Positions 8,103 to 16,865 of a DNA stretch of 20,000 nt are shown here, one piece after another. Made by a program: the position numbers and the translations under genes. Every line of letters begins with the position of its first letter. The stretch's first letter is position 1. Source of the DNA: an uncultured virus (IMG/VR IMGVR_UViG_3300031746_002572) (Duplodnaviria; Heunggongvirae; Uroviricota; Caudoviricetes); IMG/VR virus record IMGVR_UViG_3300031746_002572; one strand, given 5' to 3'. The notes under the pieces are model-generated. The model saw nothing but the letters and a program-made list of their open reading frames with translations. It was not told the DNA's origin and did no database searches.

Positions 8103-8252
8103 TTAATGAAATAAAAATATATGTATATATTGTGTTATTTTTAAAATAAATTTATCAATTTTCACAAATAGAAATATTAAAAGTAATACAGGTAAAGCTA
8201 AAGTTATTTGAATTGTTATTATTTTTATTTCTTCTATTATTTTTTTATCCAT
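8103..8252 (-). CDS. 49-aa membrane peptide
   Basis: MDKKIIEEIKIITIQITLALPVLLLIFLFVK...FH*; fills the gap, but the SD is weak. Confidence 0.4.
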   Translation of the reverse strand: MDKKIIEEIKIITIQITLALPVLLLIFLFVKIDKFILKITQYIHIFLFH

Positions 8253-8282
8253 TTTTTCTTTCTTTGTATTTATTATTCCTAT

Positions 8283-8618
8283 CTAAAATATAAGATGATA
8301 CCGCTCGTCTTTTAATATACTATAAAAACGCCCTATGAACTGAAATCTATCTGCATGATCTTTAAGATATGTTTTAAGCTCAACCTCATCCTTGAAAAAT
8401 ACATGGGTGAAGTTACACCCTCTCTGAATTTTATCGTAGACTTCTTTTGGGATACCCAGTATACACTTCATAAAGGAGGATGTTCTGCCTGCGTCTTGGT
8501 TGTAACAGACATGACAGTTATGACAAGAGGGTGTGCTCACCACAACGTTCTCATTATCTTGAACCACGAGTTCCATAACGCTTCCATGTTTACATCTTAT
8601 TGTACCGCCAACACTCAT
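8283..8618 (-). CDS. hypothetical protein
   Basis: 111 aa with CHNCHVC; GGGGG upstream of the ATG; co-oriented. Confidence 0.6.
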   Translation of the reverse strand: MSVGGTIRCKHGSVMELVVQDNENVVVSTPSCHNCHVCYNQDAGRTSSFMKCILGIPKEVYDKIQRGCNFTHVFFKDEVELKTYLKDHADRFQFIGRFYSILKDERYHLIF

Positions 8619-8650
8619 TTAAACCCCCAATACTTTTGTAATTTTACTTA

Positions 8651-8917
8651 TTATTTTTTTATCTTTTGCTTCCTTATATCTTCTAAAATTTGTTTCCTTT
8701 CCTTCTCTACTTTATTCAGGTCAATCTTGAAATATTCAGCAAGAATCTGTTCTATGGCCTTATGTATCGGAAACAATAACGCCTCACCCTCCTCATCATC
8801 GCTATATTCTGCAATTATATACTTGGTTTCATTCTGCAACCAATCAAGAAACGCTCCGATTTTTTGAGACTCCTCAGAAACCTTTTCTAGCTTTTCACAT
8901 TCAGGATATTTATTCAT
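8651..8917 (-). CDS. phage hypothetical protein
   Basis: 88 aa; YPECEKL...SQKIGAFLDWL...LAEYFKIDL resembles a recurrent uncharacterised phage family (recognised from memory). AAGGA SD. Confidence 0.75.
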   Translation of the reverse strand: MNKYPECEKLEKVSEESQKIGAFLDWLQNETKYIIAEYSDDEEGEALLFPIHKAIEQILAEYFKIDLNKVEKERKQILEDIRKQKIKK

Positions 8918-8948
8918 TAATTATTCCTTTCAAAATTTATTAAAATGA

Positions 8949-9218
8949 TTAATTATTTTTACCATAATGAGATTTATAAATATCAATTATCTTTTCTTTT
9001 AGATGTTGAATATTATCCATTTTCATTGATTCTATGTTTTCGCTTGAGTGATCGCAAGCTATTATATTCAGTTCTTTTATTTTATCTTTAGATAAAAATG
9101 GCATGATTTCATCTTCACCTATTTTTACGCTAATTACATCAGCCATTCCATCATCTTCTATATATCCAACCTTAATTGGTAATTCAAGATTTATTTCAAA
9201 TTCTTTATTTCTAAACAT
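8949..9218 (-). CDS. hypothetical protein
   Basis: 89 aa, acidic; GGAGGT SD. Confidence 0.7.
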   Translation of the reverse strand: MFRNKEFEINLELPIKVGYIEDDGMADVISVKIGEDEIMPFLSKDKIKELNIIACDHSSENIESMKMDNIQHLKEKIIDIYKSHYGKNN

Positions 9219-9257
9219 AAATTACCTCCATAAATTATTAGATTGTGTAAATATATT

Positions 9258-9527
9258 TTAACATTTCATCTCATTTTTTAACGCTTTTTGGCAATCCTTT
9301 GGTAAGTCTTTAAATTTAATACATTTACCAAGATGCTTTCCACGTTGCCCGCAAGTATGCTGATAAACTCCTTTATTAGGGCTTAACGGGGATTCATTCA
9401 TGGCGATCATAGTATATAATTTTACCCCATTGCCAACAATACGGTCAACTTCATTCAATACGACTGTATATCTATCAATAGCAAAATCTGGATTATCATG
9501 GATGCTTAAAATCTTACCTGTATTCAT
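9258..9527 (-). CDS. phage early-region hypothetical protein
   Basis: DN...DRYTVV...HLGKCIKFKDLPKDCQK resembles a recurrent uncharacterised phage family (recognised from memory). AGGAG SD. Confidence 0.75.
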   Translation of the reverse strand: MNTGKILSIHDNPDFAIDRYTVVLNEVDRIVGNGVKLYTMIAMNESPLSPNKGVYQHTCGQRGKHLGKCIKFKDLPKDCQKALKNEMKC

Positions 9528-9691
9528 ACTTTCTCCTGTAAAAGTTTAATTAATTCTTCCAAAATAAACTGGGCCTTATACGGCATCTCGGATTCTGTTC
9601 TCATAGCTTTGTCATTAATAATCAAAATAACATACCTTGAAATTTCCTTAACTGCATTAATTAATTCAGGATACCTTTCTTCTTTTTTCAC
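9524..9691 (-). CDS. 55-aa hypothetical protein
   Basis: GTG start after AAGGGGG; MKKEERYPELINAVKE...PYKAQFILEELIKLLQEKV*; ATGA overlap with the next gene. Confidence 0.65.
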   Translation of the reverse strand: MKKEERYPELINAVKEISRYVILIINDKAMRTESEMPYKAQFILEELIKLLQEKV

Positions 9692-9702
9692 GATAATCCC
9701 CC

Positions 9703-9954
9703 TTACATAATATGCTTTTGAAAAAACGACTTTGGATTCGTCTCTTGCACTGACTCGATCTTAACTGCAATAGCCATCGAACAACTAAAATAGTATGTAT
9801 TACTATTTTTACTAACGCAATCTTGATACCATGTACGGGCTATTTTCTTAGCCCTTTTCTTGGCAGATATAATATCTTTCTCTTTCACTACTACCCGATG
9901 AGTGTATTCCTGTTCGCCATTACGTTCTTCTAACACAATTTCAAAGTATTTCAT
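9703..9954 (-). CDS. hypothetical protein
   Basis: 83 aa; AAGGAG SD. Confidence 0.7.
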   Translation of the reverse strand: MKYFEIVLEERNGEQEYTHRVVVKEKDIISAKKRAKKIARTWYQDCVSKNSNTYYFSCSMAIAVKIESVQETNPKSFFQKHIM

Positions 9955-10081
9955 TTTATCTCCTTTATTTAAGTGTTTAATTTACCGCTTTCCAGCCACT
10001 AGGATTGAACTTACCAATTTTTTAATGGTATTACCTTATCTGGTATATAAATAATAAGGAATTTATTCATTTTATTTTCTC

Positions 10082-10384
10082 CTAAAACCTAAAGGTTTTC
10101 AATGATTTCCGATATATCAAATAAAATTGTTTTGTATGTCCATATTTAAAACCATGAACAAATAAATAATAATGAACGATTTCGTGTATAAACTTCTTAT
10201 ATAATAACTTATTATTTTTGCTTAATTCTTTTGTCATAATTATTTTAGGTTTTCGATATGGATAAAATAATCCATAGGCATTTTTTAATATAGTCTTTGA
10301 AAAATAAATACATATATTTTTAAGCTTATTACCAAAACAATATTTATTTATTTGATCAAAGATTATTTTTAATTCTTTGTTCAT
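10082..10384 (-). CDS. SprT-like zinc metallopeptidase
   Basis: FDQINKYCFGNKL N-terminal motif, HEIVH (HExxH), and downstream HTKQF. Confidence 0.8.
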   Translation of the reverse strand: MNKELKIIFDQINKYCFGNKLKNICIYFSKTILKNAYGLFYPYRKPKIIMTKELSKNNKLLYKKFIHEIVHYYLFVHGFKYGHTKQFYLIYRKSLKTFRF

Positions 10385-10560
10385 TTAATTGCATCCAAGA
10401 TAACATCTAATGGTTCATTATCTTTTTTAATTATTTTTGATATTACGTTATCGGATTCAAAAGAAAGACAATGGTTTAAAACGTATTCGAGATACTCTTT
10501 ATCTGTTAAATTCCCGTTTACCCATTGTTTTGTCCTGTATTTTAAATCTCTTGTATCCAT
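10381..10560 (-). CDS. 59-aa hypothetical protein
   Basis: MDTRDLKYRTKQWVNG...ILDAIK*; AAGGAG SD; ATGA overlap with the SprT-like gene. Confidence 0.65.
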   Translation of the reverse strand: MDTRDLKYRTKQWVNGNLTDKEYLEYVLNHCLSFESDNVISKIIKKDNEPLDVILDAIK

Positions 10561-10672
10561 TTTTCTTCTCCTTATAATAATATCTACTTAAAAATTTTAT
10601 ATTAACCAACAACGTTTATAAACAGGTAATTGTTTTAATGTCACTCTTTATTTATTATACGGTGTTTTCTTT

Positions 10673-11758
10673 TTACAAGCTGCAAGTCGTACCGAAAGGC
10701 GCAATAGAATTATTATTGCATACCCAAAGTACCGAATATTCCGGTTGTTCGCTTGGAAATTTTCCTTGTAAATCAGTCATATAGATCAAACATTTTGGCG
10801 GGTGTTCATTGCAGTATTCAAATACGGGGTTAAAATCAGTACCACCACCGCCAATAGTTTCTAATTTTATATCGTCGCCGGTTTTAAATGTTTGTATATT
10901 TTGAATTTTAGCATCGCAATATATTACAGTTAATTCCGTACTGTATTGATTTAATATTCCATTTAATTCGGAAGAAAATTCATTTAATTGTTTTTTGTTT
11001 ATACTTCCACTTGTGTCTATTGCTACGGTAATATTTTCTAAATTGTCGCTTTGTATTCCTGGTAAAATCACACCTAAATGTGCATAGCGTTTATTTGGTT
11101 TTTGCCACGAAAAATCATTTTTGGCGTTGTGTTCTATGAATTGCCTTAATATTTCAAACCAAGGTAATTTAGGATTAATGATTTCATCGGCCAATCTTTT
11201 CAAACTATTTGGTAATTTTCCTTGTGCTAACGCTGTTTGCGCGGCCTGTTTTAATGCTACTTTCCATTGTCCTTGTATTTCCTCTTTATTCCCTACTGCA
11301 TCCTGGCATTGCCCTATATTCCAATTTCCTTTTCTTTTATTATTGCCTTGCCCTTTATCATCTTCATCTGGTAATAAATTATAAATTTCATCAGCACTTT
11401 TATTTTCGTATGACTTTTCATATAGACAATCTTTAGGTAATTCAAATTTTTCATTTATTAAAACAGAATTAACGCAAAAATCTCCTGCCATATTCCATTT
11501 TTTATTATCACGTTCACCACGCCTTGTAATATGGCATAAAGCACAATGTAACACTTCGTGGACTAAAACGCCTTTCAATTCACCATAGGAAAGTTTATCA
11601 ATAAAGTCCGGTTCATATATAATGCTTTCTCCATTTGTTGCCATTGTTCCTATACCTTTTTGTTCAATCATAGGTAGCTTTAAAATAAGCGAACCAAAAA
11701 AGGGGTTTTCAATAACTAAACTAATTCTAGCTTTTTGTATTTTTGTTTGTATGTCCAT
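10673..11758 (-). CDS. DUF2201-type metallopeptidase + vWA-like domain protein
   Basis: TMATNG, HEVLH, WNMAGD in the N-terminal domain; MIDAS-like AIDTSGS, GGGGTDF and YMTD in the C-terminal domain. Confidence 0.85.
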   Translation of the reverse strand: MDIQTKIQKARISLVIENPFFGSLILKLPMIEQKGIGTMATNGESIIYEPDFIDKLSYGELKGVLVHEVLHCALCHITRRGERDNKKWNMAGDFCVNSVLINEKFELPKDCLYEKSYENKSADEIYNLLPDEDDKGQGNNKRKGNWNIGQCQDAVGNKEEIQGQWKVALKQAAQTALAQGKLPNSLKRLADEIINPKLPWFEILRQFIEHNAKNDFSWQKPNKRYAHLGVILPGIQSDNLENITVAIDTSGSINKKQLNEFSSELNGILNQYSTELTVIYCDAKIQNIQTFKTGDDIKLETIGGGGTDFNPVFEYCNEHPPKCLIYMTDLQGKFPSEQPEYSVLWVCNNNSIAPFGTTCSL

Positions 11759-11788
11759 AATTCATGTTCCCAAATTCAATGTTCCCAA

Positions 11789-12628
11789 TTATCCAATATA
11801 TCCTTTCATTTTTTCTAATATTACGCTTGCATTTTGCGCCGTATCGTCTCTTATGTCTTTATTATTACGTAATGTTTCAGGATCAATAGCTAAGTTATTT
11901 AAAGCGTCTTTTGCTAATTGTTCAAGTTTTACATCGCCGGTTATATTTAATTTAGGCAAAAGTTTGCATAAATCTTTTAAATTCTCAATTAAACTATCTC
12001 TAAAAATAGAATCTTTTATTGATAATTTTTCTTTTATATGATTAATTGCGGTATATAAACGGTTCCATAGGTCTTTATTAGCATTTTCAATAGCTATTTT
12101 TGATTTTTCTTCTATACTTTGTTTAATTATAGCTGTTTCATAATCACTTAATTGTACTCTAAAATCATTTGAATCCGGCAATGGCATAATATCAGTATTA
12201 AAAGAGAATAAATTAATTACATGATTTTTTTCTGGATAATCGCTGGCGTTAAACATACTATTTAATTTAATTTTACTTTCTTCAACAAATGATTCATAAT
12301 TATCTAAAAATTTAGCTACAACGACTTCAAATTTATCTTTAAAAGATTTTATTTTCGTTGTATATTCAAAGAAATTGCTTGCCGGTAATATTCGCGCCCC
12401 TTCATCCATCCAAGGGAGAGTGTTTTCATAATGAAATACCCTAGCCTGGTTTACAATTTTTTGTATGTTTTCAAGGTTTTCTTTTGCGATTAATTGTTTA
12501 TTATAACGCCCTGCGTTGTTATCGGCGTTATGTAAATCATTAGTTTCTTTTGTTATTTTTTTGTCATATTTTCTGGCGCACCATTGAGAAATAGATAGAT
12601 TTATTAACATTGCTTTTTCATTCAACAT
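11789..12628 (-). CDS. DUF3150-like protein
   Basis: 279 aa, helical. SQWCARKYD, TLPWMDEGARILP, FNASDYP and FRDSLIENL resemble proteins found between phage AAA and vWA genes. Confidence 0.6.
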   Translation of the reverse strand: MLNEKAMLINLSISQWCARKYDKKITKETNDLHNADNNAGRYNKQLIAKENLENIQKIVNQARVFHYENTLPWMDEGARILPASNFFEYTTKIKSFKDKFEVVVAKFLDNYESFVEESKIKLNSMFNASDYPEKNHVINLFSFNTDIMPLPDSNDFRVQLSDYETAIIKQSIEEKSKIAIENANKDLWNRLYTAINHIKEKLSIKDSIFRDSLIENLKDLCKLLPKLNITGDVKLEQLAKDALNNLAIDPETLRNNKDIRDDTAQNASVILEKMKGYIG

Positions 12629-12926
12629 TTTGTCCCCCTAGTTTTTTAAATATTAATTCGGCAATTTCCTCTTTTGTATAATTGATAAATCCCATTTTTT
12701 TTAATACGTTAATTTTATTTATTAATTCAGATTCATATTTTAACATTTCGAATCTATGTTTATATGTTAGACAATGCTTAAACAAACTCCATGGATAATT
12801 TCTAGATGGTGCGCGTGTAGTGCAACATTTATATGATTGGCTTGGATACCATCTTTTGCCATTATCACATTTACCACTGGCTTTAAATGTATTAAGTAAC
12901 GGCTTTAATTCATTTATTAAATTCAT
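12618..12926 (-). CDS. Cys/His-containing phage hypothetical protein
   Basis: GKCDNGKRWYP...CC...RAPSRNYPWSLFKHC; overlaps both neighbours. Confidence 0.7.
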   Translation of the reverse strand: MNLINELKPLLNTFKASGKCDNGKRWYPSQSYKCCTTRAPSRNYPWSLFKHCLTYKHRFEMLKYESELINKINVLKKMGFINYTKEEIAELIFKKLGGQNVE

Positions 12927-13918
12927 ATTAATACTTCCTTATGATCAGAGGCCCACATAATAAATGTTTTTGTGCTGTTTATTTGGGGACATTTTTTAAT
13001 ACATTCCTTAACTAATAGAACATTAAATTCAATTTTATCTTTTGGAAATCTATTTGCATATATCATTATCCTGTCAAAATTACTTGTGCTGGCGATTGAA
13101 GACAAGGCTCCTATAATAGCATATAAACTAGCGATCTTTTCGGGTAATCTTGCGGTGTCTGGATTTAAAAGGATTTCATCACGACTAGGTAATTCATTAT
13201 AAACTTGTAAAAAACTTATTAATTCTACCGCAGCACCTTCACCTATGAAACCGGTAAATACATCTAGTTCAGCTTGTTTTGTGTTTAAATACCATTGCGC
13301 ACACATAGATATAGTTCTAGGTGTGCATGTATTTTCCATGCCATTTGCAGGTTTCCAATCGCTCAATAAATTCGGCCTAAATCTGGCAAAAGCTATAATT
13401 TCATGCGTTATATTATTATGTAAAGCCCAATCAGTCCAAGATTCAATATCGAATTCAACATTAATTATTAAACATCTATTTTTTAAGGGTTCTAAAATTG
13501 AATGCACACTAGCCCTGTCTTGTGCTCTGTTTGTAGCCATTATAAACCGTACATTATCGCTTACTTTGTGTTCTCCAATTTGCCTTGCTAGTATTATCTG
13601 CATGATTGCAGATTGAGTTAAGGGTACGGCTTGGCCTAGATCGTCAAAAAAGCATATAGTAGGCTTGTCAGCGTTAATTAAGCGGTTTAAATCACCTATT
13701 GGAAGGAATACGGCAGTATTGTTAATTATTGCCGGTAATCCTTTATAATCCGTAGGATCAGCAATAACAGGATGAGACAAAATTATATCATAATCACAAA
13801 ATTTAGCTAATTGTGCAACAATATCACTTTTGCCTATTCCCGGTTGTCCTGTAATTAATACAGGAACATTATTTTTAACTGCAATTTTCAAGTTTTGAAA
13901 TAATTTTTTGCTTGTCAT
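12923..13918 (-). CDS. MoxR-like AAA+ ATPase
   Basis: Walker A GQPGIGKS, Walker B CFFDD, MATNR sensor, LKNR arginine finger, TPRT. Confidence 0.88.
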   Translation of the reverse strand: MTSKKLFQNLKIAVKNNVPVLITGQPGIGKSDIVAQLAKFCDYDIILSHPVIADPTDYKGLPAIINNTAVFLPIGDLNRLINADKPTICFFDDLGQAVPLTQSAIMQIILARQIGEHKVSDNVRFIMATNRAQDRASVHSILEPLKNRCLIINVEFDIESWTDWALHNNITHEIIAFARFRPNLLSDWKPANGMENTCTPRTISMCAQWYLNTKQAELDVFTGFIGEGAAVELISFLQVYNELPSRDEILLNPDTARLPEKIASLYAIIGALSSIASTSNFDRIMIYANRFPKDKIEFNVLLVKECIKKCPQINSTKTFIMWASDHKEVLI

Positions 13919-13956
13919 GTTTTAACTCTTTTTGTGGTTAAATTGGTATTATTACT

Positions 13957-14361
13957 TTATTTTAATTCGATTGAAATAACCTCTTGTTCTTCTATTTTTG
14001 CGATTTCCTTGATTCTTTTTTCCGGTAGATATTTTTCTGTTTCAGAAAGACTTACTTTAATACATTTTAAAAACGTGTCTTTATCTAGTTCTTTCTGTAA
14101 CTGTATAGGTGTAATAACTCGAATCTCTCGTATTTTATGTCTTACCCTGCCTATATTCCCTTCGACTTCATTTTTTCCATTAAAATTAATAGCTGTTTTT
14201 TCTTGTTTGATAAAATTTGCAGTAGTTTTATTGATATTATCAAATAAACAAATAATATCAATTTTTTCTTTTAAATCAGGAATTTTTTGAAAATCGTTAA
14301 TTAGAGATTCTAAATATGTCCTGATTTTAATTGTTGTATTTATCGCATTTTTAGTTTCCAT
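13957..14361 (-). CDS. hypothetical protein
   Basis: 134 aa; AAGGAG SD. Confidence 0.7.
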   Translation of the reverse strand: METKNAINTTIKIRTYLESLINDFQKIPDLKEKIDIICLFDNINKTTANFIKQEKTAINFNGKNEVEGNIGRVRHKIREIRVITPIQLQKELDKDTFLKCIKVSLSETEKYLPEKRIKEIAKIEEQEVISIELK

Positions 14362-14378
14362 TTTTGCTCCTTTATTTT

Positions 14379-14777
14379 CTATTCTTCCACTATAATATTT
14401 AATGCAGAAACCAATGGTGTTATTTGTGTTTTTTTTATTTTTGTGCCGTAAAGATCGGCTTTATAAAGATTGGCTCCACGGAGATTGGCTCCACGGAGAT
14501 CGGCTTCACGGAGATCGGCTCCATAAAGATTGGCTCCACAAAGATCGGCTCCACGGAGATCGGCTTCACGAAGATCGGCTCCATAAAGATTGGCTCCACA
14601 AAGATCGGCTCCACAAAGATCGGCTCCACGGAGATCGGTTTCACGAAGATTGGCTTCACAGAGATCGGCTTCATAAAGATTGGCTTCATAAAGATTGGCT
14701 CCACAAAGATTGGCTTTATATGTTGTTTCAATCTCTTTTAAAATCTTACCTGTAATTTTATGTTTAATTTGTACCAT
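14379..14777 (-). CDS. pentapeptide repeat protein, copy 1 (18 repeats)
   Basis: 21-aa leader + 18 x A(N/D)L(C/Y/R)(G/E/K) + 21-aa tail. Start reassigned to the ATG at 14777 after AAGGAGCACAA. Confidence 0.9.
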   Translation of the reverse strand: MVQIKHKITGKILKEIETTYKANLCGANLYEANLYEADLCEANLRETDLRGADLCGADLCGANLYGADLREADLRGADLCGANLYGADLREADLRGANLRGANLYKADLYGTKIKKTQITPLVSALNIIVEE

Positions 14778-14845
14778 TTGTGCTCCTTTTTGGTTAATGT
14801 ATTTATTAATAAATACAATAAAATTATTTCTTATTGCCAATTTAT

Positions 14846-15010
14846 TTATATTTTTTTAAATTGGTGAAATTCATTTACTCTAATCAATCGTTTTAGTTCC
14901 AGACTTATAATTGTTTTGATTGTATTAGCATGATTATAATCATAGGAAATCCATCCTGCACACTCTCCAATAAAATCCATACAATGTTTTTCCCATTTTT
15001 TTAGTTTCAT
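14846..15010 (-). CDS. 54-aa hypothetical protein
   Basis: [24 protein letters not shown]...FHQFKKI*, with the same AAGGAGCACAAATG start context as its neighbours. Confidence 0.7.
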   Translation of the reverse strand: MKLKKWEKHCMDFIGECAGWISYDYNHANTIKTIISLELKRLIRVNEFHQFKKI

Positions 15011-15124
15011 TTGTGCTCCTTTATTTTGTTCTAATTAATCTAGTCCATTGCCCGTATTTATTACGATATAAATACAGGTATAAATTCAATCCTAATTTTA
15101 ATTTTTTAATCATATATAACATCT

Positions 15125-15508
15125 TTATTCTTCCACTATAATATTTAATGCAGAAACCAATGTTGTTATTTGTGTTTTTTTTATTTTTATGCCGTAAAGA
15201 TTGGCTTTATAAAGATCGGCTCCACAAAGATCGGCTCCACAAAGATCGGCTCCACAAAGATCGGCTCCACAAAGATTGGCTCCACAAAGATCGGCTACAC
15301 GGAGATCGGCTTCACGAAGATCGGCTCCATAAAGATTGGCTCCACAAAGATCGGCTTCACGGAGATCGGCCTTATAAAGATTGGCTTCACGGAGATCGGC
15401 TCCACAAAGATTGGCTTTATAAAGATTGGCTCCACAAAGATTGGCTTTATATGTTGTTTCAATCTCTTTTAAAATCTTACCTGTAATTTTATGTTTAATT
15501 TGTACCAT
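15125..15508 (-). CDS. pentapeptide repeat protein, copy 2 (17 repeats)
   Basis: Same 21-aa leader as copy 1, 17 repeats, and a tail differing at 2 residues. Start reassigned to the ATG at 15508. Confidence 0.9.
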   Translation of the reverse strand: MVQIKHKITGKILKEIETTYKANLCGANLYKANLCGADLREANLYKADLREADLCGANLYGADLREADLRVADLCGANLCGADLCGADLCGADLCGADLYKANLYGIKIKKTQITTLVSALNIIVEE

Positions 15509-15524
15509 TTGTGCTCCTTTTTGG

Positions 15525-16130
15525 TTAATGTATTTCTCTGTCAATCAATTCCTTTAAAACACCACCACTATTGATATTTTCTCCTTTCTTTTTAAAAGTG
15601 TCTTTAATCTCTTTTTCTATAATTTTTAAACTTTTATTTGTATAACCACCTATTTTTTTTATTTGTTCTCTGATGGTACGGCAACGAGTGAATTTCGAAT
15701 AATTACCTGATTTTCTTTTTCTTTTCGGTTCGTAGCAATAACATTCCCGCAAATAATCAACAGCATTAGAGCTTAATCTTTTTTCCAGTCGTTCAATGTC
15801 TATTTTTTCAATGAGATTATATTCATTTTCAACGGAATTTTCATTTATTTCTAAAAATTCCGTTGATTTTATGTTATTAAACCTGTTCAAAATATTATTT
15901 AACTCGTTGTTAATTGATCGGATTAAATAATCATTATAATTTGCCATATATGATAAGGAACATAATTTAACCCGTAGAGAGTTTTTTATCTCATCATATT
16001 CCGGCAGTAAAAAAATTTTACGTTGAGCAGTGATCATATCTATAATCCATTGTTTTGATTTTAGAAAATTAGTCGTTAATTGTCTATTTTCTATTTTAGG
16101 AATTTTAGGAATTGAAACAATATTAAGCAT
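15525..16130 (-). CDS. possible divergent sigma-factor-like protein
   Basis: YNDYLIRSINNELNNILNR resembles sigma region 2; EKIDIERLEKRLSSNAVDYL resembles the lead-in to region 4. AGGAG SD. Similarity is weak. Confidence 0.4.
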   Translation of the reverse strand: MLNIVSIPKIPKIENRQLTTNFLKSKQWIIDMITAQRKIFLLPEYDEIKNSLRVKLCSLSYMANYNDYLIRSINNELNNILNRFNNIKSTEFLEINENSVENEYNLIEKIDIERLEKRLSSNAVDYLRECYCYEPKRKRKSGNYSKFTRCRTIREQIKKIGGYTNKSLKIIEKEIKDTFKKKGENINSGGVLKELIDREIH

Positions 16131-16138
16131 AATATCTC

Positions 16139-16222
16139 CTATATTTTAAAAATTGAAATACTGATTAATATTACAATACCAATAAAAAATATTATCGGTG
16201 AATTATCTAGATATAAATTCAT
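16139..16222 (-). CDS. 27-aa hydrophobic peptide
   Basis: MNLYLDNSPIIFFIGIVILISISIFKI*; AAGGA SD; the stop overlaps the SD of the next gene. Confidence 0.35.
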   Translation of the reverse strand: MNLYLDNSPIIFFIGIVILISISIFKI

Positions 16223-16292
16223 TTTTTCCTTTCTTATATTAGTTTCCCCTTTTCTTTAACAATTCAGGACAAAAAACCAATAAAAATTGATT

Positions 16293-16848
16293 TTATATGA
16301 CCGGAAACAATTCCAGCTGTTCACCATGCTTAATTTGCTCATAATTAACGGCGTTTTTGGCCTGTTTGATCATTTCTTTTTTTCCAGCGTCTCCATAAAA
16401 ACCCCAGCATGAATCTATCTGATAATTCGACTTCATCATTCAAAAACTTTTCGACTTTTTCAATCAATTTTTTGGTTAATATTTTGCCTCCATAGGCTTT
16501 TAAAATGTCTTTTTTTGTTGCAAAGACGATACCTACTTGCCCAGAATCAAATTCTGCATGCCCTTGTGGTAAATGGCCATAAAACGGATTTCCTTTTTTA
16601 CTGGCTTTCATTGTGATCCCGGAATGATCATATAAAAACAAATTCAGATATACCGGGTTTTCTTTTAAAATAAATTCTTTTAATTGATCCGCTGAAACAA
16701 AGTCAGCACAATTGCCTAAATCGTATCTTGAATGGAAACAAACGAATTTGCCTAGTGTTTCCATTTCTTTAATAGGGTTCTCTACGGTTTCATCAAAAAA
16801 GATTTTAATTGCATGATTTTTGTAATTAATTGTTTCAATCGCTTTCAT
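16293..16848 (-). pseudogene. frameshifted conserved phage protein (YDHSG / DSGQVG / DSCWGFYG motif family)
   Basis: The frame from ATG 16848 holds LYDHSG and FDSGQVG up to DEVEL. The expected IDSCWGFYG...QLELFPVI* lies in a different frame ending at 16293. Confidence 0.7.
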
Positions 16849-16865
16849 TTGTGCTCCTTTTTGGT

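Larger units (their letters stand above)
14380..15535. repeat. direct duplication (14380-14804 and 15126-15535), each copy containing a 15-bp tandem array
   Basis: Non-repeat flanks are nearly identical, including the upstream TTGTGCTCCTTTTTGGTTAATGTATTT. The internal minus-strand unit is GCC RAT CTY YRT RRA. Confidence 0.95.

Noticed and set aside
2482..14290. Plus-strand track ORFs within the minus-strand gene run (e.g. 2810, 3466, 4155, 4232, 8355, 11121, 11622, 13245, 13934)
   Set aside because: They are antisense shadows of motif-bearing or SD-led minus-strand genes.
14402..15486. Alternative-frame and antisense ORFs (HKDRL, KIGST and EPIF repeats)
   Set aside because: These are stop-free by-products of the 15-bp tandem unit. 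Only the A(N/D)Lxx frame has an SD and a known fold.
14379..15535. Diversity-generating retroelement template/variable repeat pair
   Set aside because: Both copies are intact genes, differences include C/T changes and unit-number changes rather than adenine-only substitutions, and there is no reverse transcriptase in the window.
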